Assembly: GCA_000934665.2 (NCBI GenBank)
Contig: JYFJ02002233.1
Span: forward strand, 1 to 64,000
DNA: 64,000 nucleotides
Reading direction: 5' to 3'
Origin: Catajapyx aquilonaris
Lineage: Eukaryota
The notes under the pieces are model-generated. The model saw only the letters and a list, made by a program, of their open reading frames with translations. It ran no database searches and had not been told where the DNA came from. Within the stretch, counting starts at the first letter, position 1. Every line of letters starts with the position of its first letter. The position numbers and the translations under genes are program-made. Shown one piece after another: positions 63,421-64,000 of the stretch.

Positions 63421-64000
63421 GATTAGGATGACGTTGCTCNTCCGGTGTGCAAATGCATTGATTGCGACAACAACGGATATTTAGACCCCCCCCCCCTCCA
63501 TCACTACCACATTTCTCTCGGGTTTATGGGAGAGAGGGGAAATTATAGGCACATGAATCGATCTACGAACTCATAGAATGTGATTCGGCTCAGTGTTCCA
63601 GAGGGCAGAGTTTGCAATGCGAACTGCCATTTTCCTGCAACAGATGGCAAAGGAGCTTACATGAGAAGGAATTTGGCAAAGTCGGACCCGCCAAATTCGC
63701 ACGTGGATTTTTGTTTGCAGAATCATGTCTGGCTACTAACACGATTTTTAAAAAATGTTAGTTCGGAAGTATTGAATGTTACGTAGTTTAATTCAATCCA
63801 GGAGTGAGTGCAGTAGGTGTAAAACGGATTTATTCATAAACTCCACCAGGTGCATTGGAAGAAATGGACACAATGGAGCAAATTCGGATTCAATATGCAA
63901 CAAAGAAACCTTTCTGGGCTTTGGATCCATTTGTAATGAGATGCAAAAGCTCAGGACTCACACCAAATAATGCAAATGTTGCTGTGCTTGACTCCTCAAT

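Overview
This looks like AT-rich (roughly 40% GC by eye) non-coding eukaryotic DNA, most likely intergenic or large-intron sequence from an invertebrate animal; the species cannot be determined from the sequence. There are no bacterial-style genes, operons, rRNA, intact tRNA or CRISPR arrays. The listed ORFs are short, and nearly all read as spurious translations of homopolymer-rich DNA. Supported features are: several small non-autonomous DNA-transposon (MITE-like) elements with clear terminal inverted repeats (24523-24675, 57757-57956, 60670-60778), orphan Tc1/mariner-type TIR ends, microsatellites, several strong hairpins or palindromes, a degenerate tRNA-like (SINE head) fragment, and a few promoter-like motif clusters and consensus splice donors. 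Two observations most merit follow-up. One is a pre-miRNA-shaped hairpin at 45516-45581 whose 5' arm begins with the miR-10 family 5' octamer UACCCUGU. The other is an isolated, textbook CCHC zinc knuckle (CYICYKYGHVSKVCP) at 40814-40858, which is either a retroelement ORF1/gag fossil or a small exon. I found no evidence sufficient to claim a complete novel multi-gene system. Single Ns occur at 19301, 34113 and 63440.
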